In this document: piece after piece, positions 52,395 through 64,000 of the stretch
Layout: each line of letters begins with the position of its first letter
Position numbering within the stretch: the first letter of the stretch is position 1
Assembly (NCBI RefSeq): GCF_001194135.2
Contig: NC_068992.1
Coordinates: 21,314,328 to 21,378,327, forward strand
Length of the DNA stretch: 64,000 bases
Reading direction: 5' to 3'
From: Octopus bimaculoides
Lineage: Eukaryota
Translations under genes and position numbers: made by a program
The notes under the pieces: generated by a model
Told to the model about the DNA's origin: nothing
Database searches by the model: none
What the model saw: only the letters and a program-made list of their open reading frames with translations

Positions 52395-52879
52395 GTGGAG
52401 GCGCAATGGCTCAGTGGTTAGGGCAGTGGCCTCGCGGTCATAGGATCGCGGTTTCGATTCCCAGACCGGGCGTTGTGAGTGTTTAGTGAGCGAAAGCACC
52501 TAAAGCTCCACGAGGCTCCGGCAAGGGATGGTGGCCAACCATGCTGTACTCTTTCACCACAACTTTCTCTCTCTCTTACTTCCTGTTTCTGTTGTACCTG
52601 TAATTCAAAGGGTCAGCCTTGTCACACTGTGTCGAACCCTGCTGTACTCTTTCACCACAACTTTCTCTCACTCTTACTTCCTGTTTCTGTTGTGCCTGTA
52701 ATTCAAAAGGTCAGCCTTGTCACACTGTGTCACGCTGAATATCTCCGAGAACTACGTTAAGGGTACACGTGTCTGTGGAGTGCTCAGCCACTTACACTGT
52801 AATTTCACGAGCAGGCTGTTCCGTTGATCGGATCAACTGGCACCCTCGATGTCGTAAGCGACGGAGTGCGAACAACAAT
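52395..52879 (+). mobile_element. Full-length tRNA-derived SINE (family C) with an internal 98-bp duplication and 13-bp TSD
   Basis: A-box tggctcagtgg, B-box ggtttcgattcc, duplicated 52542-52639 / 52640-52737, aac tail; ttctttggattgt at 52384-52396 and 52880-52892. Confidence 0.95.
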
Positions 52880-53380
52880 TTCTTTGGATTGTAGAGATAA
52901 GAAAAGCACTACAAAGAACATCCATTCATTAATAGTACATGTAGTGTTAAACAGCATGAGAAAATATGAAGAGGAAAATATTTCAATTAGCTTCCCTTGG
53001 AATTTTAATAACTACCTTCAGAGAAATAAAAATGTGGACAAAGCCTCTTGATTCACTTTCTACAAAGCCTCATGATTCACGTACCGAGATTATTTAATTA
53101 GTTTATACAGATTCGAGAACAGACTAAACTTTGCATTGTTTCGTCTTCCAAAATATAGCAGACACACTGTACTTTGTAAACTCGCACAAATTGTTTTCAA
53201 GCGTAGATTGACAGCATTTATTCACTTTCAATATCCAGCGTTCTGGTTTTCGGCCGTATGCATCATTTACACAGGTGAAATAATGTAAATAATAATAATA
53301 ATAATAATTATTATTATTATTTTTATTTTTATTATTATTATTATTATTATTATCATTATTATTATTATTATTATTATTAT

Positions 53381-54258
53381 AAATGCCCTGATTCGGTACC
53401 ACATACCGGTTTCTGATCATAACTGATTGGAAGTGTTATCATGTACATTCTTTTGTCTTGGTATAAATGATGGGCTACAGCAAATATTATACTCAATACC
53501 ACAGATTAGCCTGTCACTTGTTTCACCTTAACCAGTTGAGCATGTCCCTTAGTGGCTGGTGATATGTGCATCTCTGATCACGATCAGAAGTTGTGGGGAA
53601 GAATCATAACCATGTGTTGAGAGGAATTCTTTGGGGTGATAATAATTAACCTTTGGAAACATGGGTATTTTGTTCATCATCGTTAAACAACCCTTATTCA
53701 GGGACATTTTGAGCAGGGTGGGCTACTCGACCTGAAGAAAATTCTAACTAGGCCCCACCTGAAAGGTCATGCGCCGTTTATCTTGATATGAGATCACGCA
53801 CATATGGCTGTGATGCATGTGCCTAGTGTACTTTTATCAGACGGGTATACTGAGCTTAGTATATTTTACCCCAGTGTCAGTTTGTTGGCATGCACGGACG
53901 ATATGTGCATCTCTGATCATGAGCAGAAGTAGTGGGGGAGCATCATAGCCATGTGTTGAGAGGAATTCTTTGTGGTTTGAATAATTCACCTTTGGAAACA
54001 TGGGTGTTTTGCTCAACATCCTTAAACAAACCTTATTCAAGGACTTTTTGAGCGGGATGTGGTACTCGACATGAAGAAAATTCTAACTGGGCCCTACCAG
54101 CGCTGTTTTTCCTGTTATGAGATCACCAAGTCGCGCACATATGGTTGTGATGCATGTGCTTGGTGTACCCTTATCAGACAGGAAGTCATGATGGGTATAA
54201 TAGGCTTCGTATATTTTACCCCAGTGTCACATTGATGGCATGCACTACTCTTTCACTC
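53381..54258. mobile_element. Unclassified element between (ATT)n and (AAT)n, with a 339-bp internal tandem duplication
   Basis: 53561-53899 is repeated at about 53900-54245 (gatatgtgcatctctgatca...tattttaccccagtgtca...ggcatgcac); non-coding. Confidence 0.85.
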
Positions 54259-54313
<55 letters not shown>

Positions 54314-54324
54314 TCAACAACAAC

Positions 54325-54389
<65 letters not shown>
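54259..54389. repeat. (AAT)n array
   Basis: Explains the poly-Asn and poly-Leu ORFs. Confidence 0.98.
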
Positions 54390-54803
<414 letters not shown>

Positions 54804-56451
54804 GGTACAGATTCAATCAGCCCTACCCTGTCTTATTAATGATTGTCCTTGTGCAAATATGCACATCAGCATTATGTGAGGTACGTAACTCGCTAGCTAA
54901 AATGATAGAGTCTTCGAGTCAATGTTCATGTTGATGGATTGATGTTTTAGAGCTCATACAATTTCTGCTTAGCAGAGCTATGATCAAGAGTATTCCTGAG
55001 GTGACCACCCCACCCATTTTAGAGACTATGCACGCCAGAAGATTTTAACCAATCTATCATCTTCTGAAACGTTACGATTAGATTTGAAGGGAATATGACT
55101 GGTGTTTCCAACACTTCGAACGACTCCGTAGAGGTTCCCCCATCTCTCCCTGTGTTTTGAATTAGTCAAATAGTGCTAGCTTCAATGTTGCCTTTCATCT
55201 TTAGTTTTGATAAAATGAGAAGCAGTAATATACAAGGGTGGAATGAGTTACCTCGATAAAGTTTGACTCTGTAACACTAATACTGCTTAGGAGCGGGAGT
55301 AAAAATACACATTTAAACAATGCAACCCGATTAAGAGATTTGGAAATATTAACATACTGCTTCATTGAATTATTTGTAGCTTCACTAAATTATTTTCTTT
55401 GTGACATGTTCCGTTCGATTCGAGCATGACTATGTAAAGATGTTAATAGCCTTAGCATTACATTAGGAGCTTTTGAAGGCTGTTTTAAACTGATAGAATA
55501 GTTTAGATAAGCTTCAAGAGAATTATTGAAAAATTAGTTCTTATCACTGAGTTGCTTTTAATGTTAATTTGCTGAAACAGGGGACTGCAGTTTTCTATTA
55601 CAGTGACTACATGTAGTCTGTATTTCTGTCGTGGCACATGCAAATTGTAGTTAGATATTTCTTTGAGATATTGCTATAGGATAATTTATGAGTAAATGTT
55701 CAGTCAAACATAACAGGCAGCCATTTTATCGGTGTCGTCGCAACAATTCTCCGGAGATTGCTCTTTGGAATATTAACATATGGCCATGAAGGGGAATTGA
55801 TAATTTTGGCAATAAGGGAGGTCACCGATCACTTGATTGTGGCTTTGAACATAATTTATAATTGAGATCTGCATTAATTCTGTTAATTCGTTTTCTCTGG
55901 TTTGAAGTATGTTTGATCACAAATGTGTAAACTATACTCTATTGAACTAAACGTCAATTTCCAATCAGATTTAGACATGATTTTGGCAAAATAAATATCT
56001 CACGATATTTAGTTTTGAGCTTCGTATTTCAGAGTTCAACTACTCTTGGCATTGATTTGGATTCCTGTCCATCCCGGGTTGTTATGTAGTACAGGGTTAT
56101 GCTAAGACTAATACAATCAACATTAAACGTTCTCTTTTTAACGAATGAAACTAGAATTGATGTTAGTCCGATCAATAACTTCTACAAATTTGGTTGGAAG
56201 TACATGAAAAGAAGATTCAGCTTAAGAACTATGAAAATTAACGATGTAGCATCAGTGTTTCAGAATTATTATGTAGCTAAGAGCAATGTGTTTCCTGTTA
56301 ATCAACCGATTTCTCAAAATATTGAATGCAATTTAAGATAACGCCTCAGCAATTTTAAGCATTTGGACATTTAGAAACGTACAGAATTGGTTGGCCTTGA
56401 TGTACCCTATGAACTGGGATTTGGTTTTGGTAAGGTACGACCTCTTTTGCT

Positions 56452-56490
56452 CAGTGGGCGGTTTCGAATTCACAATCCTTCATCTGACTA
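56452..56490 (-). ncRNA. Degenerate minimal type I hammerhead motif
   Basis: Minus strand: TAGT CAGATGA A GGATT gtg AATTC GAAAC CG CCC ACTG. Stems I and II pair; U4>A; the GUC triplet has mutated to CCC. Confidence 0.5.
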
Positions 56491-56689
56491 CAAGGACGTA
56501 GAGACACACACGCTTAGATTAGAATTTGGTCTGTCTGAAATTTATCATTGTTGTTGCTATCTTTCTTAGTAGGAGTTTCAAGTGACATCCAGCATTCTAA
56601 TGTGAATTTTAAGATTTCTAATGATATATGGATATCCGTGCGTGTGCGCACGGATGTGTGTGTGACGTCCATGTGAGCGCGCGTGCATG

Positions 56690-56728
<39 letters not shown>

Positions 56729-57239
56729 NNNNNNNNNNNNNNNNNNNNNNNNNNNNNNNNNNNNNNNNNNNNNNNNNNNNNNNNNNNNNNNNNNNNNNNN
56801 NNNNNNNNNNNNNNNNNNNNNNNNNNNNNNNNNNNNNNNNNNNNNNNNNNNNNNNNNNNNNNNNNNNNNNNNNNNNNNNNNNNNNNNNNNNNNNNNNNNN
56901 NNNNNNNNNNNNNNNNNNNNNNNNNNNNNNNNNNNNNNNNNNNNNNNNNNNNNNNNNNNNNNNNNNNNNNNNNNNNNNNNNNNNNNNNNNNNNNNNNNNN
57001 NNNNNNNNNNNNNNNNNNNNNNNNNNNNNNNNNNNNNNNNNNNNNNNNNNNNNNNNNNNNNNNNNNNNNNNNNNNNNNNNNNNNNNNNNNNNNNNNNNNN
57101 NNNNNNNNNNNNNNNNNNNNNNNNNNNNNNNNNNNNNNNNNNNNNNNNNNNNNNNNNNNNNNNNNNNNNNNNNNNNNNNNNNNNNNNNNNNNNNNNNNNN
57201 NNNNNNNNNNNNNNNNNNNNNNNNNNNNNNNNNNNNNNN

Positions 57240-57274
<35 letters not shown>

Positions 57275-57294
57275 AACATACACACATATTCAAA

Positions 57295-57440
57295 AGGTGT
57301 GTTTCAGTTTCCGTCTACCAGATCCACTCAAAGGGCTTTGGTTAGCCTGAGGCTATAGTAGGAGACGCATGACCAAAGTTCCACGTGGTGTGATTCAACC
57401 CTGAACCACGTGCTTGAGAATCGAACTTCTTAGCACATAT
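57295..57440 (-). mobile_element. SINE family B, 5' half
   Basis: Reverse strand ...actatagcctcaggctaaccaaagccctttgagtggatctggtagacggaaactgaaacac. Confidence 0.88.
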
Positions 57441-57757
57441 ATTCGACGATATAAGTTGGTAATGCATTTTGCATTATACACTAAATGAAGTAAACATTCG
57501 CTTAACTGAAACTGGAATAACAAACGAGTTAACTACATTGTACTGAGTACAGTTTTATATATGACCCAAGTAAACTGCTACACACTCTGACCCTGATAAA
57601 GTGATATTTTTTTCTGACCCTATGCACCCATACATTAGCAAAAAAGGAAAGAAAAGAAATGAGATAAACATTCCTATATTTTACCATCATTTCTTAAAGA
57701 TGTTATGATGAGAAAATCAATATCAAACAGATATGTGCGCGCGTGCGAGTGTGTGTG

Positions 57758-57799
<42 letters not shown>

Positions 57800-59555
57800 G
57801 TGTATATAAAATGTGTATATATATATANNNNNNNNNNNNNNNNNNNNNNNNNNNNNNNNNNNNNNNNNNNNNNNNNNNNNNNNNNNNNNNNNNNNNNNNN
57901 NNNNNNNNNNNNNNNNNNNNNNNNNNNNNNNNNNNNNNNNNNNNNNNNNNNNNNNNNNNNNNNNNNNNNNNNNNNNNNNNNNNNNNNNNNNNNNNNNNNN
58001 NNNNNNNNNNNNNNNNNNNNNNNNNNNNNNNNNNNNNNNNNNNNNNNNNNNNNNNNNNNNNNNNNNNNNNNNNNNNNNNNNNNNNNNNNNNNNNNNNNNN
58101 NNNNNNNNNNNNNNNNNNNNNNNNNNNNNNNNNNNNNNNNNNNNNNNNNNNNNNNNNNNNNNNNNNNNNNNNNNNNNNNNNNNNNNNNNNNNNNNNNNNN
58201 NNNNNNNNNNNNNNNNNNNNNNNNNNNNNNNNNNNNNNNNNNNNNNNNNNNNNNNNNNNNNNNNNNNNNNNNNNNNNNNNNNNNNNNNNNNNNNNNNNNN
58301 NNNNNNNNNNNNNNNNNNNNNNNNNNNNNNNNNNNNNNNNNNNNNNNNNNNNNNNNNNNNNNNNNNNNNNNNNNNNNNNNNNNNNNNNNNNNNNNNNNNN
58401 NNNNNNNNNNNNNNNNNNNNNNNNNNNNNNNNNNNNNNNNNNNNNNNNNNNNNNNNNNNNNNNNNNNNNNNNNNNNNNNNNNNNNNNNNNNNNNNNNNNT
58501 ATATATATATATATATATTTATATATGTGTGTGTGTATGTGTGTGTGTGTGTATCTGTGTTAGTGTGTGTTTATATATATATTTCAAATCAAGAGAATTG
58601 CGAATAAGAGATCATATAACGCGTTCATACAGAGGTACACTCACCAACGCATACAAACACATATACAAAACTGCACGACTGTACATACGTCTATATATAT
58701 GTATATGTGTGTTTCTACTTGTATGTGATTGTGTACGTGTTTTCAGGGCGGGGTCTTCATGTGTCTACCTGTTTCTGCATGTTTGATTTTGTGTTGTGAG
58801 CGTATAGACATTTAGATTTTAAACTTAAATCTATGAGATAATGGTCAAAGTCCTCCATGAGTGAATATGTCTTATTTGAATGCATTCTTTTTTTATAAAG
58901 AAGATGCTCGTGTCCCAGGCGAAACATCGACAATAATAATACTATCGATCGTTTGCCATAACGACGATCTTTTCGCATTTTTAGCCTTATGGACAATTCT
59001 GCCTTATGCACTACACAACGTGTCTTACAGCTCTTACTCATCGTAGGAAGTTAATATGACTTAGTGCTTCACGGCTACATGTTCTGCGTGCTCATTTTAT
59101 GGCTATGCTCTTACTCAAAAGGAACAACAATTACGGATGCCGCATCTGCAGTGCCATTTTTTTCCCGTAATGCTACAGTTCTTGGAACTATTGTACTATG
59201 ATACTAGTCAATGAGAAACTGTGTAACGCACTAATTATTCCTCATTCCCTCACATTTTTAGTCTTTCAAACCATTCATCTCTCATCTCTGGATAAATCCT
59301 CAGGTCAAGTGAAAGCTGTCATTTACTAGATATACTTGAACCACTATTCTTACCCTTAGTTTAATATCCAAAGTTACCGAATAACAAAAACTTCATGAGG
59401 CGTATGGTGTTGTAGACTTCGAGGTCCCTACATCGTTTTTGTTTTATTTCTTAATACATAGTAGTTCAAACGCTGTCCTTGTTTCATATCATCTATCAAA
59501 CAAGTGTTGAATTCTGAGTAAGCTTTACTTACGTAAATGGTTTACACTGGAAGCT

Positions 59556-60097
59556 ATGCCAACACTATGGAATAACAACACAAAGAGGCACTCACCAGAA
59601 ACGATCACAGAAAATGAGAAATCAACCATACTATGGGATATGGCAATACACAGAGATAGAGAAATGAAGGCCAATACGCCGGATATAGTTGTCAGAGATC
59701 ATCAAGAAAAGAAATGCTTTCTAATCGATGTATCAGTACCAACAGATGACAACGTTTCTCAAAAACAAAATGGAGAAACTTTCAAAATCCAAAGACCTGG
59801 AAATAGAGGTAACTCGAATTTGGTGTCTACAAACAGAAACAATTCCTATCAGCATGGGCGCATTAGATATGATAAATAAATATATTCAGACAAATACACA
59901 ACAAAAACATCAGGACAAACAAATATATACAACGTACAAAAAATTGCTCTATTAGGCACTGCACACATACTACGTAAAGCGTTTTCAATACAGTAAAAAT
60001 AAGAGCATCACAACAAACCACTGCGCATACCCAAGGGACACAGCGCTGCGCTCGGTAGTTCAGTAAAAGCACGTGATAAAAAGAAGACTACTCAATG

Positions 60098-60128
<31 letters not shown>

Positions 60129-60138
60129 CAATAATAAT
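59556..60138 (+). mobile_element. R4/Dong-type LINE 3' end with RLE domain, ending in (AAT)n
   Basis: TILWDMAIHRDREMKANTPDIVVRDHQEKKCFLIDVS (PD..D motif), [fs] EKLSKSKDLEIEVTRIW..., LLGTAHILRKAFSIQ*; 3' UTR colinear with the 54390 copy. Confidence 0.93.
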
Positions 60139-60379
60139 GCTTTCGTGAATACATATATGCCGGTGTATGAATATATATATATCTATGTCATTATATAGAT
60201 ATGAATATGTGTATATACATATATGTATGTGTGTGTGTATGTGCGCCCCCCCCCCACACACATATATATATATATATAATATCCGTTGTCTATAGTATTG
60301 TATATCCGTCACGGTTGATATTACCAATCGGTTTCGCGCAGGCAATGAAATGGAGTCTCTTAGATGACTCACGCACGTA

Positions 60380-60412
<33 letters not shown>

Positions 60413-61182
60413 NNNNNNNNNNNNNNNNNNNNNNNNNNNNNNNNNNNNNNNNNNNNNNNNNNNNNNNNNNNNNNNNNNNNNNNNNNNNNNNNNNNNNNNN
60501 NNNNNNNNNNNNNNNNNNNNNNNNNNNNNNNNNNNNNNNNNNNNNNNNNNNNNNNNNNNNNNNNNNNNNNNNNNNNNNNNNNNNNNNNNNNNNNNNNNNN
60601 NNNNNNNNNNNNNNNNNNNNNNNNNNNNNNNNNNNNNNNNNNNNNNNNNNNNNNNNNNNNNNNNNNNNNNNNNNNNNNNNNNNNNNNNNNNNNNNNNNNN
60701 NNNNNNNNNNNNNNNNNNNNNNNNNNNNNNNNNNNNNNNNNNNNNNNNNNNNNNNNNNNNNNNNNNNNNNNNNNNNNNNNNNNNNNNNNNNNNNNNNNNN
60801 NNNNNNNNNNNNNNNNNNNNNNNNNNNNNNNNNNNNNNNNNNNNNNNNNNNNNNNNNNNNNNNNNNNNNNNNNNNNNNNNNNNNNNNNNNNNNNNNNNNN
60901 NNNNNNNNNNNNNNNNNNNNNNNNNNNNNNNNNNNNNNNNNNNNNNNNNNNNNNNNNNNNNNNNNNNNNNNNNNNNNNNNNNNNNNNNNNNNNNNNNNNN
61001 NNNNNNNNNNNNNNNNNNNNNNNNNNNNNNNNNNNNNNNNNNNNNNNNNNNNNNNNNNNNNNNNNNNNNNNNNNNNNNNNNNNNNAAAATTTGTAGTTTA
61101 GAATCAGTAGTTCTTTGACTGCTATTTCTAAATTTTCAGTATGTTGGAGAAGCAACTCAATGCTGATCCCTGTATATTTATG

Positions 61183-61220
<38 letters not shown>

Positions 61221-61489
61221 TTTATGCGAGTGCGTGCGGGGAGTGCGCGGGTGTGGGCGCGGGTGTGGGCGCGGTTGTGGGCGTGGGTGTGCATTCGCGC
61301 GGGTGTGCACGCACGCAGGTCGTGTGAATACGGAACTAAGGTCAAATCGAAAACACCATTAATGTGTATTTCTTTGCAAGTGTACGTGCGCACGCACGTG
61401 TACAAAGTTACAACTACTACTACTACTATTACAAAAAACAATAAAAACTACAGGAATAATAATAATGAAATATGAATAGCAACAACAGC

Positions 61490-61548
<59 letters not shown>

Positions 61549-63595
61549 TAAAAAATACAAAGATATTAGAAAACATTATTTGATAAGGAGCTAATGGTGA
61601 GAAAAAAATTATATTTTAAGATAGTGTTTGAAAGACAATACGAAAAAAGAAATACGCTCGCTATTCAGTGTTTAAAATGTAGTTTTTAACCTCAGCAAAT
61701 CCTTTGGTAAATATTGCTTGCTCTATATTCAACGTAAATGTTAAAAAACAACAAGTGCATATAGGTGAGAATAAACAAATGGATAAACACGAGTAAGACA
61801 AAAAAATGATATTGCAAAAAAAAAAAAAAACTTTACGCACATATATACTGTTTATATATATATATGGGTACGTGCATATATATGTATATATATATAACTG
61901 TATCATATGCATATATATACATATGCATGTGGGTGAGTATATGAATGTCCGTCCGTGTGTCCATATATATATATATATATATATATATATGGGGGGGGGT
62001 GTATGTATGTGTATATATACATATATGTGCGTGAGTGAGTGCTTACCGCTGTGTGTGCGTGTATGTGTGTGTGTGTTTGTGTACTTTAGTTTAGAATATA
62101 GAGTAGAAATACAGAATACAGAAATTCAATGTAAAAAAATTCTGATAAGGTGGTGATCATTCATTCCTACAAATATATCCCAAAGTGCAGTTGTTACGCT
62201 TACATATTTTCTTTTGTAAATATATTTTAAATCATATATTTATGAAAATACGTACATATATATATATATATATATATATANNNNNNNNNNNNNNNNNNNN
62301 NNNNNNNNNNNNNNNNNNNNNNNNNNNNNNNNNNNNNNNNNNNNNNNNNNNNNNNNNNNNNNNNNNNNNNNNNNNNNNNNNNNNNNNNNNNNNNNNNNNN
62401 NNNNNNNNNNNNNNNNNNNNNNNNNNNNNNNNNNNNNNNNNNNNNNNNNNNNNNNNNNNNNNNNNNNNNNNNNNNNNNNNNNNNNNNNNNNNNNNNNNNN
62501 NNNNNNNNNNNNNNNNNNNNNNNNNNNNNNNNNNNNNNNNNNNNNNNNNNNNNNNNNNNNNNNNNNNNNNNNNNNNNNNNNNNNNNNNNNNNNNNNNNNN
62601 NNNNNNNNNNNNNNNNNNNNNNNNNNNNNNNNNNNNNNNNNNNNNNNNNNNNNNNNNNNNNNNNNNNNNNNNNNNNNNNNNNNNNNNNNNNNNNNNNNNN
62701 NNNNNNNNNNNNNNNNNNNNNNNNNNNNNNNNNNNNNNNNNNNNNNNNNNNNNNNNNNNNNNNNNNNNNNNNNNNNNNNNNNNNNNNNNNNNNNNNNNNN
62801 NNNNNNNNNNNNNNNNNNNNNNNNNNNNNNNNNNNNNNNNNNNNNNNNNNNNNNNNNNNNNNNNNNNNNNNNNNNNNNNNNNNNNNNNNNNNNNNNNNNN
62901 NNNNNNNNNNNNNNNNNNNNNNNNNNNNNNNNNNNNNNNNNNNNNNNNTATATATATATATATATATTATGTATGTGTGTGTGTGTGTGTATATAAGTAC
63001 TTGTTCGACGGAAGTATTTAGGCAAATGCTCCGTGTAAAGAATAAATGTGTCAGGAAGAAGAATGGTAAGCTGGCAGCAAAAGAGAGATTATTGATTTTG
63101 GTACAATTTCTTTCCATTTAAACATGTGCAAACACATTTATAACAATAATAAATACATATATATGTGTGTGTGTGTGTGTATACATACATATGTGTGTGT
63201 GTGTAAGAATGTATATAAGTATATATGAATTTTTATGATAACAATAATAATGATATCGAACGTAAACAATAAGACCTTGCTGTTTTGTTTCTCAATTATG
63301 TTTTATAAGTTTTTATCTTTGCTGTTTTGAATGTGTTTTTATTTGTTTCCATAGTAACAACTTGTGATCAACAACAGAAGAGAATTTTATCTTCTCGTTT
63401 TGAAATTCCAGTTTCATTTCTAAAATGAATATATATACCTTTCAAAACATCGTTGTTAGTAGTTTGTCGCTTATGCTGCGAGCTATGTAATCATATATAG
63501 GCATTGTGTGTGTGTGCGTGTGTGTGTGTGTCTCTCTCTGTCTGTGTGTGGGTGTACGTACTCAGAGACACACATATATCTATCTATCCATATAT

Positions 63596-63633
<38 letters not shown>

Positions 63634-63780
63634 CAGAGAGAGAGAGATTTTAATGATAGATATATGTATGTATATTGATGTATATATTTATGTTTGTATA
63701 CATGTATATGCATATGCATACATGCATATTAGTGCGTGTGCATGTATGTGTGCACGCGGGCATATATGTATACACATCAT

Positions 63781-63960
63781 TCTTTTACTTTTTTCAGCCA
63801 TCTGACAGGGGCCGTGCGAGATCTCCACCTTTAGTCGAACAAAGCGAGCCTAGGACTCATTCTTTGTACGTCTATCGGTCTGTTTTCCCGAACCACTAGG
63901 TTTCGGGGACATAAAACAAGTGATCCTGGGGAGGTCAAACACTGAAACACAGACACACAA
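63781..63960 (-). mobile_element. SINE family B, 3' half
   Basis: Reverse strand tgtccccgaaacctagtggttcggg...accgatagac...ttcgactaaaggtgg...aaaaaagtaaaaga. Confidence 0.85.
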
Positions 63961-64000
63961 ATATACATATATGTATTTATATATATATATATATATATAT

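Noticed and set aside
52395-52470. tRNA gene
   Set aside because: A and B boxes are present, but no acceptor stem closes and the sequence continues as a SINE body with a TSD.
58757-59041. 94-aa ORF with RRYGKR as a neuropeptide precursor
   Set aside because: No signal peptide or repeated peptide; the region overlaps a weak hammerhead-like vestige.

Overview
AT-rich, microsatellite-dense eukaryotic DNA with 17 N-gaps (about 6 kb, nearly all next to dinucleotide arrays, mostly (TA)n). The tRNA-derived SINEs resemble those I associate with Octopus genomes, so this is probably cephalopod intronic or intergenic DNA (inference, not a database result). I recognise no host protein-coding gene, and most ORFs in the supplied track are microsatellite or N read-throughs. 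What I can support is a set of decayed mobile elements: a Tc1 transposase pseudogene, a maT/DD37D-like fragment, a second ITm 3' fragment, an RTE-like LINE piece, two R4/Dong-type (RLE) LINE 3' ends tied to (AAT)n, two Penelope-like GIY-YIG remnants, a non-autonomous Helitron, two foldback/MITE-like elements and many SINE copies of about four families. The most notable unexplained pattern is seven to nine short motifs that fit the minimal type I hammerhead ribozyme, mostly with a palindromic helix III. All are mutated in the core, and one lies downstream of a Penelope endonuclease remnant. Also notable are a Helitron carrying an X-box plus ATG and a splice donor, a perfect 62-bp palindrome, a templated local insertion with a 26-bp duplication and a minisatellite built from a SINE B-box. 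A few exon-like segments are reported only as low-confidence candidates.
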